Below are positions 41,372 to 54,627 of a stretch of 64,000 nt of DNA, in pieces. A program made the translations under genes and the position numbers. Every line of letters begins with the position of its first letter. The first letter of the stretch is position 1. Origin of the DNA: Octopus sinensis (taxonomy: Eukaryota); NCBI RefSeq assembly GCF_006345805.1, contig NC_043015.1, positions 48,546,001 to 48,610,000 of the forward strand. The letters are read 5' to 3'. The notes under the pieces are model-generated. The model was not told the origin of the DNA, made no database searches, and worked only from the letters and a program-made list of their open reading frames with translations.

Positions 41372-43489
41372 CACTCACAACCTTAGACACAAATATCTTG
41401 CTAATTCCAGATCTCTGTTCTTTAAAATATAAAATTAATTTCACAGAATTCATTTAACTATCATCTCATTTCTAGTCTTTGACAGCAAGAGGCCCAACAG
41501 ATGCCGTAAATACTGCTGCAACCAAGTATACCTAACACAAAAAAGGCTTGAAATACCCATGTGTCTATATATTTATCAATGACTAATCAATCAATCACAA
41601 CATCAATCTGCTTGTCAGTCAGAACAACTTACATAAGTACCAACAACGCCTATTTGTCAATTTGTATACTTTCGTCTACATCAGTCTCTATTTGCATCTT
41701 CCCCTATCAGTTTGCCTGTTCTCAAACAGTCTACCTATTCATAGTAAATGAATATCTAGCCACACTCACATAGACAAGTATGGGCGATTTAATCATCCAT
41801 TTTAGTGATGAAGCCGAAGGAGGGAATATAGAATCATTAAATTTCACATTGAATATTTTATGCAACATAAAAATATTAAAACGGGCCGGTAAAGCCAACT
41901 AAAAGTAAGAGTCTGGTAAGAGTTTAAAATAAAACGAGACGGATTCAATAATTTCTTCATGACTGGTTTATACAAGGAAGTTAGATGTCGGCAAAAATAA
42001 GAACTTGCGAACTGAAAAAACTTTTAACGAGTTCAAAAATTAAACCTTATCACGGTCAAGCAACTTATTATATTCACTATATATGTCCATAAAAATAAAT
42101 ATACGCAGTGTGCGTTCAATCTTCTAGAAGTAACAGCCAAATCACACCCCGTTGTCTTAAAAAAAGAGAGTGACACATTGGATAATGTAGTCGTAGATAT
42201 AAAAAAAAAAAAAAAAAAAAAGGATGAGACGGTCATAGTCGGAATACGGTTTAATCAGAGGTCTTCTCGATGAGAGCTAAGAGGTTTCCATCGACAACTT
42301 TCAAACCCAGAATAAAATTACAAACTGGGTTGTATTAACATTCAGCAACTTTTGAAACCATTAAAACTAGACATTGCCCGATCAAACTCGATTGATAAAT
42401 TTGTCGTGGTGACCTCTATGTAGAAGATAGAAAGAATTATTAATTCTGTAATTCAAATATCTGAAAACTCATTTGAGAAACCCAACGAACGAACAAACCG
42501 AAATATATAAACCTCACTTACACGTAAAAGAAAACAAAATATGAAATAATTAGAAGAGTTTCTTGATAGAATAAACATATTAATCGCCAATAGTCAACAT
42601 TATATTTAAATAGTCTAAGCCATTAGCATTTATTTATTTATTTTTTTGATGAGTTGAAACTTGTCCACGGTTCTTCGGCTGCTTCTGGGTTTATCATTGC
42701 ATCTTCTTCACACACACACACATACTTAAATTTAGCAAACTACGCAACTATAAACTATTCAAGAAGTACAGTAAAAAATGGCTAAATGAAACTTCAAAAA
42801 GATTCTTCAATGGTGAAACTAAAACTATGATGGCCTACTACTTGGTGATTAAAACCTAAACCAGAGATAACCATACAAAATATACGCTGCTGACTTTTAC
42901 AGGTAAATGTGTGTGTGTGTGTGTGTGTGTGCGAACGAAGAAGAGAAGCAGCTCTAACATGACTGTTGTATATAGTTTGTTCTACGTTGTTCTTTAACTG
43001 ACAAAAATCTCCAAATATATCATCGCGTGGTTATAAAATGTAGGATCAAGTTACTGGAGTTTGTTCGGTCTCCCAACTCCCATCATTGAACTCCAGCATA
43101 GAGAAAACACAAGAGAATAATGAAAAAAAATGTTCTTAGAGTTTAACAATTTGTTTTTTGTTGTTGTTTTTTCTTCTTTTCATTTTCCTTTTATTATTTT
43201 TTTTTTATTTTATTTATTTTTTTTATCATCAAACACACAAAACTCTTTTTTTAAATTTTTCTTCTAAACATTTAAACTTTTTTTATTCTACCGATAAAAA
43301 GTGAGAGAAGAAAGAAAAAATGAACACAAGTACTTAAGATTTTTTTCAAAAAGGCACACGCAAATAATGATGAATAAGAAAAAAGGGATTAGTGAGTGTT
43401 ATCATGACGACGATATACTAATTCTTCATGTATCTCTCTCTCTCGGTGTGAAATCACGTCCAATAGAAGAGGCAAATAAGCAAACTTAC

Positions 43490-43542
43490 CTGTCTTCAAA
43501 CGTAACAGTAACCTCATCATCATGAATATTCTTGATAAAAGC
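43490..43542 (-). CDS. FMR1: FMR1 exon 2 (AFIKNIHDDEVTVTFED, Agenet 1)
   Basis: TTTATTTAG acceptor and GTAAGT donor; 53 nt, phase 0 to 2; matches FMRP AFVKDVHEDSITVAFEN. Confidence 0.93.
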
Positions 43543-44129
43543 CTAAATAAAAGAAAAATTTCGTTGGATATTACGCGTCGTGTTCTTTAGAGAATGGATA
43601 TTTATAAATTCCTATTAGTATGTTCTAACGAGAAAATGCTAGCAAAATGTAGTACTATTTCAGGAAATCTATATGGTTATATTCATAAAATTTCTCGAAT
43701 TGTGAAATATATCATTTATGTGCTTGGAAAGTGAAGAAATTTGGTATTTCATTTCCTCACAATTAGAGCCATTGTGAATAGAAGTTAATTTAGAATACAG
43801 CGAAGGACATAGGTCCAGCAGTGTATAATGTATTAATTGATAGATATTAAGGAAGAAAAACTAAATATCGAGAATATTTATTCAACATTAATTGAAGTAA
43901 CGTGAAAAACTAACAATAATTAAAAGGAAACTACAGATTTACGAGAAATACTTAAAAGCGGCCAACATTTTTACTACTACACAAGAACTTTTGATGCACG
44001 CGGATGTTGCTTAAAAGAAATTTATGGTATCACGAGTGTTTTTATCGTTTGTTTCAATGTTAAAAGAGTTCACTGTAAAATATATATGTTAACATAAATG
44101 AAATGGAAATAGTGACAGATGCAACAAAC

Positions 44130-44180
44130 CTTTAAAAAGGCCCCGTTATTCCAGCATACTTCCACCGCAAGGTCCTCCAT
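44130..44180 (-). CDS. FMR1: FMR1/FXR-family protein, coding exon 1 (MEDLAVEVCWNNGAFLK)
   Basis: ATG at 44180-44178. The 51-nt exon resembles the human FMRP N-terminus MEELVVEVRGSNGAFYK and is followed by donor GTTTGT. Confidence 0.93.
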
Positions 44181-44467
44181 CTTTGTTTGATGATGCTTTC
44201 TGGGAAATATTTTGCGTATAACTTGTGTATAAATCCGGAAAAAAATATCTTTCGAGAAAAGACGAAAATTTCAGCATTCGAATTACAGTACGGAATTTTC
44301 TATCACAACTAAATGTCTAGAATTGTAAAATTTCGTCAAAAAAAAATTCTTGCTGACAATTCTCGTACTAACGGATTGAAGCGTGACTAACAATATGGCA
44401 GCGGTTTGTGTAGGTTGAGTCGAATATTACGGAGAAGAACTCACTCAAATATTACGACATCCCGAAA
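44181..44467. promoter_or_regulatory. Bidirectional promoter and both 5' UTRs shared by FMR1 and WDR44
   Basis: 287 bp between divergent ATGs; CpG-enriched relative to the window and free of repeats; ETS-like CCGGAA (44235-44240); YY1-like AATATGGCAGCG (~44392-44403). Confidence 0.75.
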
Positions 44468-44535
44468 ATGTCGTCTGATAGCGAGTTGGACGAGTTTTAT
44501 GATGCTGAAGATCATTCTCCGGAACTACATAATGT
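44468..44535 (+). CDS. WDR44: Probable WDR44 (Rab11-binding WD40 protein) exon 1 (MSSDSELDEFYDAEDHSPELHN)
   Basis: AAAATG start; acidic tract plus FFAT-like EFYDA motif as in human WDR44 MASESDTEEFYDAPED; GTAAGT donor. The WD40 region is not in the window, so the call rests on the N-terminus only. Confidence 0.75.
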
Positions 44536-47467
44536 GTAAGTTTCCTATTGATCCTCATTTAAAATACATCCTTTGGAATATTGCTGACGAAAACTTCCGA
44601 CATCTGTTTTTGACTGAAAAACATTAATTTGGGTAAACGACGAATTATTTTCTGTTTTGAAGACGATTAATCAATGATACTAGGGTTAAATCTTTCATTT
44701 GTTTTAAGATATATGTATGCATGACCATGTATATATACAGAGAGAGGGATAGCTGACGAAGAAAAGAATTTATATAATTATTGATGTTGGTATTCGTGTT
44801 GGGTGACGCCCTCTAATTAAGAGTTAAACCAGAAAATATTTTCAATTGAGAGACTTTGATTTGGTTCCAATCGATCATGGAAGCTTTTAGAAAAGTATTG
44901 CTACACTTTGATCATGCCTCTGACATTTAATGTCCTTTTGTCACCTTTTATTAAGATATAAAATCCACTTGTTGATATCTAAGAATTTGTTTTTTCTTGT
45001 AGAGCATTCTCTTGTTCATTGTGCAATTATCTTGGTAACTAACGTACCTTGCAACCCAAGAAAACAGAAATAATGTGAAATGACAGAATAAAGTAAATCA
45101 GACAAAACAGTTGACAAATTATATATACTTTTTCTTTAATTATGAACTTACATATATATATGTGTGTGTGTGTGTGTTTTGAAAGTTGTCATATCTGTTT
45201 CAGGTAATCGCATATATTTGCATTATTTTGTTCTAGAATATTTTAAGAAAATAAACGTTATGTTTTCATGTACTGAGCTATATTATATTATACATATATA
45301 TATAGCTCAGTACTAATTATGTATGTATTTGTTAAACATTATGATGTGACGTTGATTGTAGCATATAGAGGGCAAGGCACTATGGTGTATTTATTTTTGT
45401 TCTTCATAGATCCAAATACTAAACATACCAAATCAGCTGTATCACCAATCACCGTGTTGGGCCGATTGGTGACTGTCAGATATAGTAACTGAATTATCAA
45501 CTACTCTAAATTGGACTGTCAGGGGTTCGAGATTGTATCTTACCAACACTTCTACACTGTTGTCACGTTTGGCTGACATCACTATGTTTAGTTAATAATA
45601 TTCACGCTGGAATTCCTCGTCGTTCAGTTTTTATTATCTTTGTTTTATTCGATTCAGATGAGGAAGAGAAGGTAAAAGCAGACTCGATGAGAGTAAAATA
45701 GACTGAAACTGCTAGAATGAACATTTTCTAAATCTCAACTCAGATAAAATATATAAGGCATAGCTAAGAAATCAATGTTGCAAGTTATTGATCGGGCAGA
45801 CCTGTGACACACAAGTCTACTGTACGGCAAGGTATGAATTACAAATTTACTAGATTATACCATGCCACCGTCTGTCTCGCTAAGGACTATACTAACACCC
45901 TGGCATTGCTAATGATACGGGCTGCAGTATTTGCAGTCTTTCCACTATTTTTCAGTATATTTCTGTAAATCTGTCGTTGTATAGTTCCAAGCCAGCTCCG
46001 ATCGAGCAGACCTGTAAACATTCTATCACCTAAATGACTAGGTACGATCACCAATCACGTATCTATTGTTCGAGATACCTTTGACGAGCATACTCCTCAC
46101 TCTGACATGCATGAATGAATGAATCAATCGTGAGGGTGGGTCATAGCATGACAGTCTGGAAATAATACTCCTTCCACGGTTTGCTGCTACAGCAAACTTT
46201 GTCCTTCACATGATTAGGTGGCCTGCTATTTTTAGCGCCTTTCTTTGTGTCGGTAGACTGAGCATGCAACATGTGATAACGTGAGGTGTACTGATTTTGT
46301 GTTCTTTATGGTAGCAGGGCTGACATTAACTGATGATGGGTCTAATGTTTTGACTGTATATACCATTGTTGTTGTCTCATTCTGTTGGCCAAATATGGCA
46401 GTACCTGTGAGTTCTCTAGCTGTGTTTATGCATCGTTTTGTTTTCTTCAGGTCTTCTCCGTGGGCTATAGATGTTAAGAAGTTATTGTAATGTAATTCCT
46501 ATGTGACAACAAGTTGTCAGGGGTTTAGCACCTCGTCTGTTTTGATCAAGCTTACCTATGACCAATCATAAACATCTCGTCTTATTTTCAGGCGGAATAT
46601 TTAGGACTAACACCACCCAATACTTCCTTCCTGTTTAATTTGATAGGGTGTAAGTTTGAGGAAGATCTGGCTGCTATTTCTAGCAAACTGAACGACTGCA
46701 TAGAGCTTCCTTCTTTGACTCATGTTGTTGAGTGTAGTTGTTAATTGTATTTCATGCTCTCTTTGTTGCTTTTAGGAAGGTAGACAGTGGCTTTTGACAG
46801 GTGTTACTTTTAGTATGTGGCTTGGAGCTAGGTTTCTTGATAACCTATATTGATGGTAGTCAAAGTGATTTTTGGGGTGGGTTTTGAAACAATCAGATAC
46901 CCTCTGTGTAAAGATTTTCGGTAGTGTGTGATTTGAATGTGGTGTCCCGAATACTTGTTTGGGATTTGGTGTTAGTGATATTAATGATGAGCCCTTTGTG
47001 AGGCTGATAAGTCTGTAGATGCTGCTTTTAATTAACTTTTGGTGCAATTTAACTCTTTGCTGTTCAGATTACTCTGACAAATGAAATGATTATTTATTCA
47101 CATTGTTTTGAATTAATCATAATCCTGCATTATCTCGTAGCTTCAAGATTTTGATGATGTGATTGTTTATTTTTAGAATAGCCCCGTAAAGTAGGTGTTG
47201 AGGCCAGGTTCTGGCCTAATTGAACATAAAACTGGTTGGCTTGATGCTAAAGGGTTAAAATTCCAATGATCTTTCCCCTAGTTTCTAGATTCTGGCAAAT
47301 TTGGTAGAATTGGTTTATAAGTTAGTGAAGATGTTGGTGAGAGTGGTGATTCCATCGGATTATTATGATAGTGTGCGTGTGCTTGTAATTTTGTTACACC
47401 GAAAATTTTCATTTCTCTATTGCTCTTCTACTGGAAAGAAACAGTCCGGATTATTTTTACCTGTAAT

Positions 47468-47632
47468 TACTTGCGTAGCTGGGGTGGAGGGTGAAACGGT
47501 CCGTCCCGGGTTGCATTTTTAAAAGGGGCGACACTTTTGGGTCTGCTGTAGGCAATATGTGCTTTTGTGGGGTCCGAGTGGGGGCAAACGGAAGGGCCGC
47601 CCCGGGCGGCACACACCCTAGCTACGCTAGTG
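47468..47632. mobile_element. GC-rich hAT-type MITE
   Basis: Imperfect TIR TACTTGCGTAGCTGGGG / CCCTAGCTACGCTAGTG; 8-bp TSD CCTGTAAT/CATGTAAT. Confidence 0.7.
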
Positions 47633-48794
47633 CATGTAATGTGTGATTTTTAAATTTTGTTTCATGTGGTCTTTGTGTCATTGAAAGTAGCGGATTTTAT
47701 AGAAATATCTGATAAGAGCATTGTCCTTGCTTCATAATGTGAACTTTGAAGGAAATTTAGCTGCTAACTCTTGCAGGTCAGTCGACTGCATTGAGGCTGT
47801 TTTGTATTATGTAGATGATGCAGAGTTGTGATAACTTATGACATAATGCTCAAATAATTGCTGTAGCGTTTTTACTTTCATTTCTGTTAAATATTAATTG
47901 CAATCTTAGCTTTGGTGCACACACAGTATGTATTAGAAAATGCTAACAATCAATTAACTGTTGTACCTTGATGTTTGTTTGTCTCCTATCCTCTTCCATC
48001 CACCCACCAGTAAAATATTTGCTAGTTTTTAATCCCTTGCACTCCTATGCAGATGATACCACCTTCAATTATCTTTATATATTCTCACACAGGCATCATT
48101 CATTGCAATGTAGATAGTTTATGTAATTCTATGAATAGAGATCTTTATGCCCTAAAGAGATATCTTTTTAGGGCATAACAGCCCGTCCCCTTTAACAAAA
48201 TACAAACCGTTACTGCACATCTCAAAGATAGTTGTCATACACCACCACATCATTTTTGGTTGAACTAAACCATCATCATCATCATTTAACGTCCATTTTC
48301 CATGCTGGCATGGGTCGAACGGTTTCACAGAAGCTGACCAGCTGAAGGCTCCAATCTGATCTAGCAATGTTTCTACAGCTGGTTGCCCTTCCTAATGCCA
48401 ACCCCTTTACAGAGTTTACTGGGTGCTTTTACGCAAAACCGGTATGGGTACTTTTTATGTGGCACTGGCACTTATGAGCCTGCAAGATTAGGTATGCTCA
48501 GCTGGAGAGGGTTACAAGGGACGAGCCTGTATGCAAAGGCAACCAACCTTTTACTTATCTTAACGTGTCTTTTCAAGCACAGCAAACTGCCAGGCGTATC
48601 AGTCCCCAGTTGTCTCCTCTGTGAGTCCCAACGTTTGTAGATCCTCAAAGTTAAATCTCACGCTCTCTCTTCTCATCACAAAGTCACCTTATATTTATGA
48701 CACTGCCAAATCTACATCCCAAAGTCTACCCTTTCCATTCAGAACCAGAAAATTCTTAATCCCTGATGAATTACTGACATTTTATAAATCTCCA

Positions 48795-49021
48795 TTAACC
48801 CTTTTCTGACCATATCTATGTTGAGATGTCCGTGCTTCTTTTAATTAATTTTAAATATAACAAAGACTTTAGTAAAATAACTTAGTTATCATTAAGCCAG
48901 TGTTAGGAACATAAATTGTGACGAAGGTTTGGTGGAATATTTTGATTCAGAACTTGAAAACGAAACATTTGTACTACAGAGCCAGAGGCGGGTTCAGCCA
49001 GGTTGGTATCGAAAGGGTTAA
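48795..49021. mobile_element. piggyBac-type MITE family 1 copy
   Basis: TTAACCCTTT...GAAAGGGTTAA; internal sequence matches 54228-54456. Confidence 0.85.
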
Positions 49022-49689
49022 TACTCATATGCAGAATGATAAAAAACAAAGATTTCACAGATGTTTCACAATTTCGTTCCGAAGTCTACAGCTGTTTCCG
49101 CAATTGAGATACACTCATCATCATCATCCATATAATTACATAATTAATAATAAAATCCATAATTCATTTGAATAAGATGGATAAACCATTTCATCAGGAA
49201 ATAAAATTCAAAAAACAGAAAATCTAAATACTTGTTACTGTTTCAAATATGACCTTGACAAGACAGAGAATATTTAGTTCCCAACACTCTACAATCAATG
49301 TAACTCATGGACGCTGTTTTACTCTTAGCTCTTCTACCATAGCTATGATAATCTGAACAGTTTGATTGATCATTTCTATCCAAACCTATAAACCTTTGGA
49401 ATTCCTTTCTTGTTCAAATTTTTCCTATGTCCATTGATCTCAACAGAAGTTCAAGCTCAGCATCAAATCCAATGACATTGAGAGTTTATGAAATGCTGCA
49501 AAGATCATGTCTACTTCCCATCTTCCCCTAATTAATTAATTTAAAAAATGCAATGTCTTGTTTGAAGGGTAGTTTGTCAAATATTATATGGAACATTAAG
49601 CCTTTTACTGTGAAAATCAGATATATCTACTCAAAATTTCATTACACTTAACTGTGGGAAACAGTTTTATTTACCAATCTATCTTTTAT

Positions 49690-50180
49690 TGAAGAATGTC
49701 ATGTTTAAAACAGTTTGTTGAGATGTATCAAGTTTATTGAGGCAATGTAACTTTGCAGAAAATATGAGCCAAGATATGAATGCTGAAATATTGAAGAGAA
49801 TAAAGGTGGAAATGTGCTCTGAGCAAAACTGGACAAGACCATACATGCCAGTCTCTTCAATAGCACTGTCCTACTTCTGCTCTGATACAAAAGTGAGATC
49901 TGTGCCACCACAAAGAGGAAAGAAATTTGGCTATGACACATTGGTCTATGGAAAGATCTGTGCATGGAATATCATTACAAGAACATACTTGAAATGAGAT
50001 AATTCAAGAACAGAGCAGAGTGAATGATGTGATCACAGAATGCTGAAAGCACAAGTTCTGTTGGACCAGACATATTGCAAGGTTCACAGACAACAGTTGG
50101 ACCCATACAGTTGCCAAATGTTGCCAAGAGGTCGGAAAAGGCCTCCAAAACAATGGGTAGTTGATTTATTTAAGCGATGA
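49690..50180 (+). mobile_element. Degenerate RTE-like LINE ORF fragment
   Basis: HIARFTDNSWT-like motif near 50070-50105; many frameshifts. Confidence 0.4.
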
Positions 50181-50491
50181 AGGAAAAGAATGGTGCAATC
50201 AAGAAAAAATTTGCCCAGTCACTCATTTCTGAAAGACTTCAGATTTTGTAATTGCTGGTATAGCAGCAATGGTCTAAACTAGATATGTGAAAAACAGGAG
50301 ATAAGAGGCTGATAAGCATGGGCATAACTTTGTGGTAAGTTGTTTGCTTCCCAACCACATGATTCTAGGTTCAGTCCCACTGCATGGCACTTTGAGCAAG
50401 TGTCTTCTACTATAGCCGTGGGCCAACTAAAGCCTTGTGGGTAGATTTGGCAGACTGAAACGGAAAGAAACCTACCTGTGTATTAATGACG

Positions 50492-51713
50492 TTGGTCATC
50501 CCATAAATAATGCAGTTTTTTTATACTTCTTTTACTTTTCAAAATTAAGATGAAAGTATACTCTCCTTCATTTTCTACAATGCTCTTCCATCTATCTGGT
50601 AGACTTGCAAGGCCCCTCTTCCACAATTCACTCGTCTATGCCAAAAAATACTCCTCCAGTACTATTCTGACCTCGTCTACAGAATTCATATTTTTTCCAT
50701 CCAAATGATTTTGAAGACTGCAGAATAAATGATAATCAGATGGGGCAATATTTGGCGAATATGGTGGGTGGGGCATCTCCAGCCTTTGGAATGTGATCCT
50801 TGCTGTATGTGGCTGAGCATTATCCTGATGGTAGAACACCTTTTGTCTTAAAGCTAAAGATGGTTGTTTTTCTTCTAGTTCTGACTTAAGCCGCTCGCAG
50901 TAGATCTCCTTTGTTATCATTTAGTTTGGGTTTAAAAGTTCAAAGTGGACTAAACCTTTCATATCCCACCAAACAGATAACAACACCTTATGTAGGTGAA
51001 GACCTTTAGCCTGGAGTGCTGGTGTTTCTCCTTTCCCTACCCACTGTCTTTAGTGCTTGACATTTTTATAGAAAACCCATTTCTCATCACCAGACACTAT
51101 TTGGTCCAAAAAAGGTTCATTCGTGAGACGTGACAGCAAAGAAGAGCACACATTCAATCTCTGTGTGTGGTTAGACTTGGAAAGTTTGTAACGAACCCAT
51201 TGACCCAATTTGCTGAGTTTTCTGATGGCATGCAGGTGGCAATGAATGGTTGAAAGACCAAATCCAAGCTACACTGCTAGTTCCTCAACAGATGGGATTT
51301 TGTTCCATCATGGTTTGCAGGATGTCTTCATCAAGCTCCACAGATCTTCCAAGATGAGGCTCGTCTTCTAGGCTGTAGTTTCCAGCTCAGAATTTCTGGA
51401 ACCACCACTGACACTGGTTTATGCTTATTGTCCAATCCCCATATACTGCACATTTATTCCTTGCACTTTCTGTTCTTGCCTTTATTGAACTCATAAAGCA
51501 AAATATGCCGAATATGCTCCTTTGTCACTTCTATTATAGCTTTGAAAAAATAACTGTTAAAATTGATCTGCACTCTTCAAAACTGGCACTATGAATAAGG
51601 CAAAATTACTACCTTCTTTTATAGCAAGTTGATGCAGGTAGTTTATCCTGTCCCTCTCTGACTTTTAGTTCGTGCAACTGAAAAAAAACCACATTATTTA
51701 TGGGATGACCCAA
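50492..51713 (-). mobile_element. Near full-length, defective mariner transposon
   Basis: TIRs TTGG(G)TCATCCCATAAATAATG; transposase remnants (M>I)EVTKEHIRHILLYEFNKG, GDEKWVFY, HQDNAQPH and HPPYSPNIAPSDYHLF; stops and frameshifts; start codon mutated to ATA at 51534. Confidence 0.92.
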
Positions 51714-54227
51714 TATTTTATGTGTGTTGTGTGTGTGTGTTACTGCCATGACATTATGTAATAGTAAATGAGTGTCGCCATGCAAGTTGTGTCCTTTGTT
51801 TCTAATCTTCCGTGAAATTATGCCTGGACAAGGTGAAATATTACCTTTACTCAGAAACAAATGAGGGTTGGCAACCAGAAGGGCATCTTAGTCATAGAAA
51901 ATCTGCCTCAACAAGTTCTGTCCAACCCATGCAAGCATGGAAAAGTGGATGTTAAAATGAAGATGCTGATGATGATGAAGCCTATATTGTGTGTGCAGTA
52001 TCAGTTACCTCGTTGTAGACCTTGTGATTTGCTTGAAGAACAGCGATATGGCTGTCTGTTTCCCTAAAATTGAACATCTGCTTCCTGGTTATATATATTC
52101 GCTTCAGGGTGAGCGCATGCATTTGTTTGTGTGTTCATTCAGGCATTTAAACATTTGTGTCATTGTGTGTTTGCACACACTTCCTGTTTTATTTTTTTTA
52201 TTATTTAGCTTGAAAAGCGACTACAGTGTCGGTGGGTATTGCAAGCTTTGCCCACAAAAGGAAAGCTCACTTCATTGTATCTGTGTGTATGTATCTTGTT
52301 GTCCCATTAGAAATTTGGCTTCCAACTTAGTTTGAAATTTGTGCAACTTACCTTACCTGAAGGTTGATTCTTTCTCTTCAATTCTGTAATTGTTTTTCTT
52401 ATTGTTATATAGGTGCAGGTGTAGCTATGTGGTAAGTAGCCAGCTTACCAACAACATGCTTCCGGGTTCAGTCCCATTGTGTGGCGATCCACTTATTTTG
52501 GTTAGTGACACTAGCACCCCTGAGGGTAATGTTCCCTGGGAATGCACAAAAGCCCTTTTCAGAGTTATTTACTTTGAATTGCTATTATCTCATATCTGAT
52601 TAGCCTGCTATTACATAACATGCTTCACAATTTTAGTATGCATACCTTATTAGTATTTCCTCCTATGTCCTATATACTCTGGGAATGCATTAAAGCCCTT
52701 TTAAGGGCTACTTTATTTTAATTTTTACTATCGGGTAACTAATTTCATGTTATTACATAACTCTCTCTCTCTTTCGGAGAGGCACAAGCACCTACACGCA
52801 CATATACACACACGGCAGTAACTTCCGCCTGCCGAATTCAATCACAAAGCTTCGGTCGGCTCGGGGCTATAGCAGAAGACACCTGTCCAAAGTGCCACGC
52901 ACTGACTTCACAATTTGGGTTTTCATAACTTATTGGGAATTCCTAAAAACAAGATACTGTGTAAGTCATTTCGGTATTCTCCGTAAATGCACAAAATCCA
53001 TTTTAAGGGCTACATACTTCGTATTGTTGTTATTGGATTAGCGAAACAATTATGAGAACAGAACCAAGGGATAATCCCTGCTTTCCCAGGAATTACTGGG
53101 TACGTCAGCTAGTATATCTATGTGAATGTTTGAGTGTCTATGTTTGTCCCCTACCATCGCTTGACAACCTATATTGGTGTGTTTACGTCCCCGTAACTCA
53201 GCAGTTCAGCAAAAGAACTGATAGAATAAGTACTAGGCTTACAAAGAATAAGTCCTGGGTTCAATTTATTCGACTAAAGGTGGTGCTCCAGCATGGTCAC
53301 AGTCAAATGATTGATACAAATAAGAGATCTTTTAAACATTTTCATCTCTACACTACAAAGTCCTTCAGTTATTTTTTCTCTTCTGATGCAGTTCTTGGAC
53401 TCACTAGATCCTTTCAACCTATCCAACCCATGCCAGCATGGAAATTGGATATTAAATGATGATGATATCAATAAGCATTTTCATCTATACACTGCAAAAT
53501 TTTTTTACTTTTATTCACCCAGAAAAACCTGAGACGAGGTGGTGAAGCATGACCTTCGCTCTTTAGGTCTCACCAAGGAAATGATCAGAGACCGAGACCT
53601 TTGGAAGTATGCTGTGCGTGAGAAGACCCGGCAGGACAAGTGAGGCCATAACCCGTGGCCTCTACCTGGGATGTAGTCAGTCCACCTGTGCATACCTTCC
53701 TTCTTGGGACACAAAACTCTACTTGTGAAGACCTGTTGAGGCAAGTGAAAATCAAAAATCGAAATCGATCAACATCAATGGAATTTGTAGTTGTGATACC
53801 AGTGCCGGTGGCACGTAAGAGAACCATCCGAACGTGGCCGATGTTTTGCCTCTTAACAGAATTTAAAGGACAATTTAGAATTACTGGTTATTAACCCTTT
53901 AGCATTCAGATTATTCAGATGGTGTGGTGCTGGGTCACTATAATGTGAAAAAACATTGGAAATTGGACAAAGCATGCTGCAAACTACCCAATATTATACA
54001 ACGTGTTTGTAGAACCTGCTGTGGTGTGCAACAGCCAGAAAAGCTGGGATAAGTCCAAAGGATAGACCATGTTATAACAATTTGTGGAATAGACCAAACT
54101 AAGTGGTTTCAACAGTTTATGAGGGTTAATAGGGACATGATACTAACAGTGATGAAACTAACAAAGAAAGATGCTAATACAGGAGGTGAAGGTCGCATTG
54201 ACCAACTTTGTATGTTTACTGCACTGC

Positions 54228-54456
54228 TTAACCCTTTCGTTACTATATTTATTTTGAGATGCTCTGTGTTTCTTTCAGCTACTTTAACTATAACAGAGAA
54301 TTTAGTAAAATAACTTAGCTTTCAGTCAGCTAGTGTTAGGAACGTAAATTGTGATGAAGGTTTGGTGGAAGATTTTAATTCAAAACTTATGGAAACAAGA
54401 CATTTGTATTACAGAGCCAGAGGCAGTTTCAGCCGGGTTGGTAATGAAAGGGTTAA
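54228..54456. mobile_element. piggyBac-type MITE family 1 copy
   Basis: TTAACCCTTTCGTTAC...GTAATGAAAGGGTTAA. Confidence 0.88.
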
Positions 54457-54627
54457 AGGGCAGCCATAAAAGTATTCTTGACTTAAGGTGGTATCTAATT
54501 TTGTGAATATCTGGCAGAATGCAGCATGTTGCTTCTTCCTCTTGGTGTCTTTGAGGATCACATTGAATGCATTTGTATAGGATGAGGTGCTAGGTCCTTG
54601 TTGTGTGACAACACATTCCTAAAAACT

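Noticed and set aside
44181-44300. CGG-repeat tract as in the human FMR1 5' UTR
   Set aside because: No CGG/CCG repeat is present upstream of the ATG.
44406-44627. ORF-track 73-aa protein MCRLSRILRR...
   Set aside because: Different frame from the EFYDA-containing exon, non-ATG start, and it runs through the GTAAGT donor into the intron.
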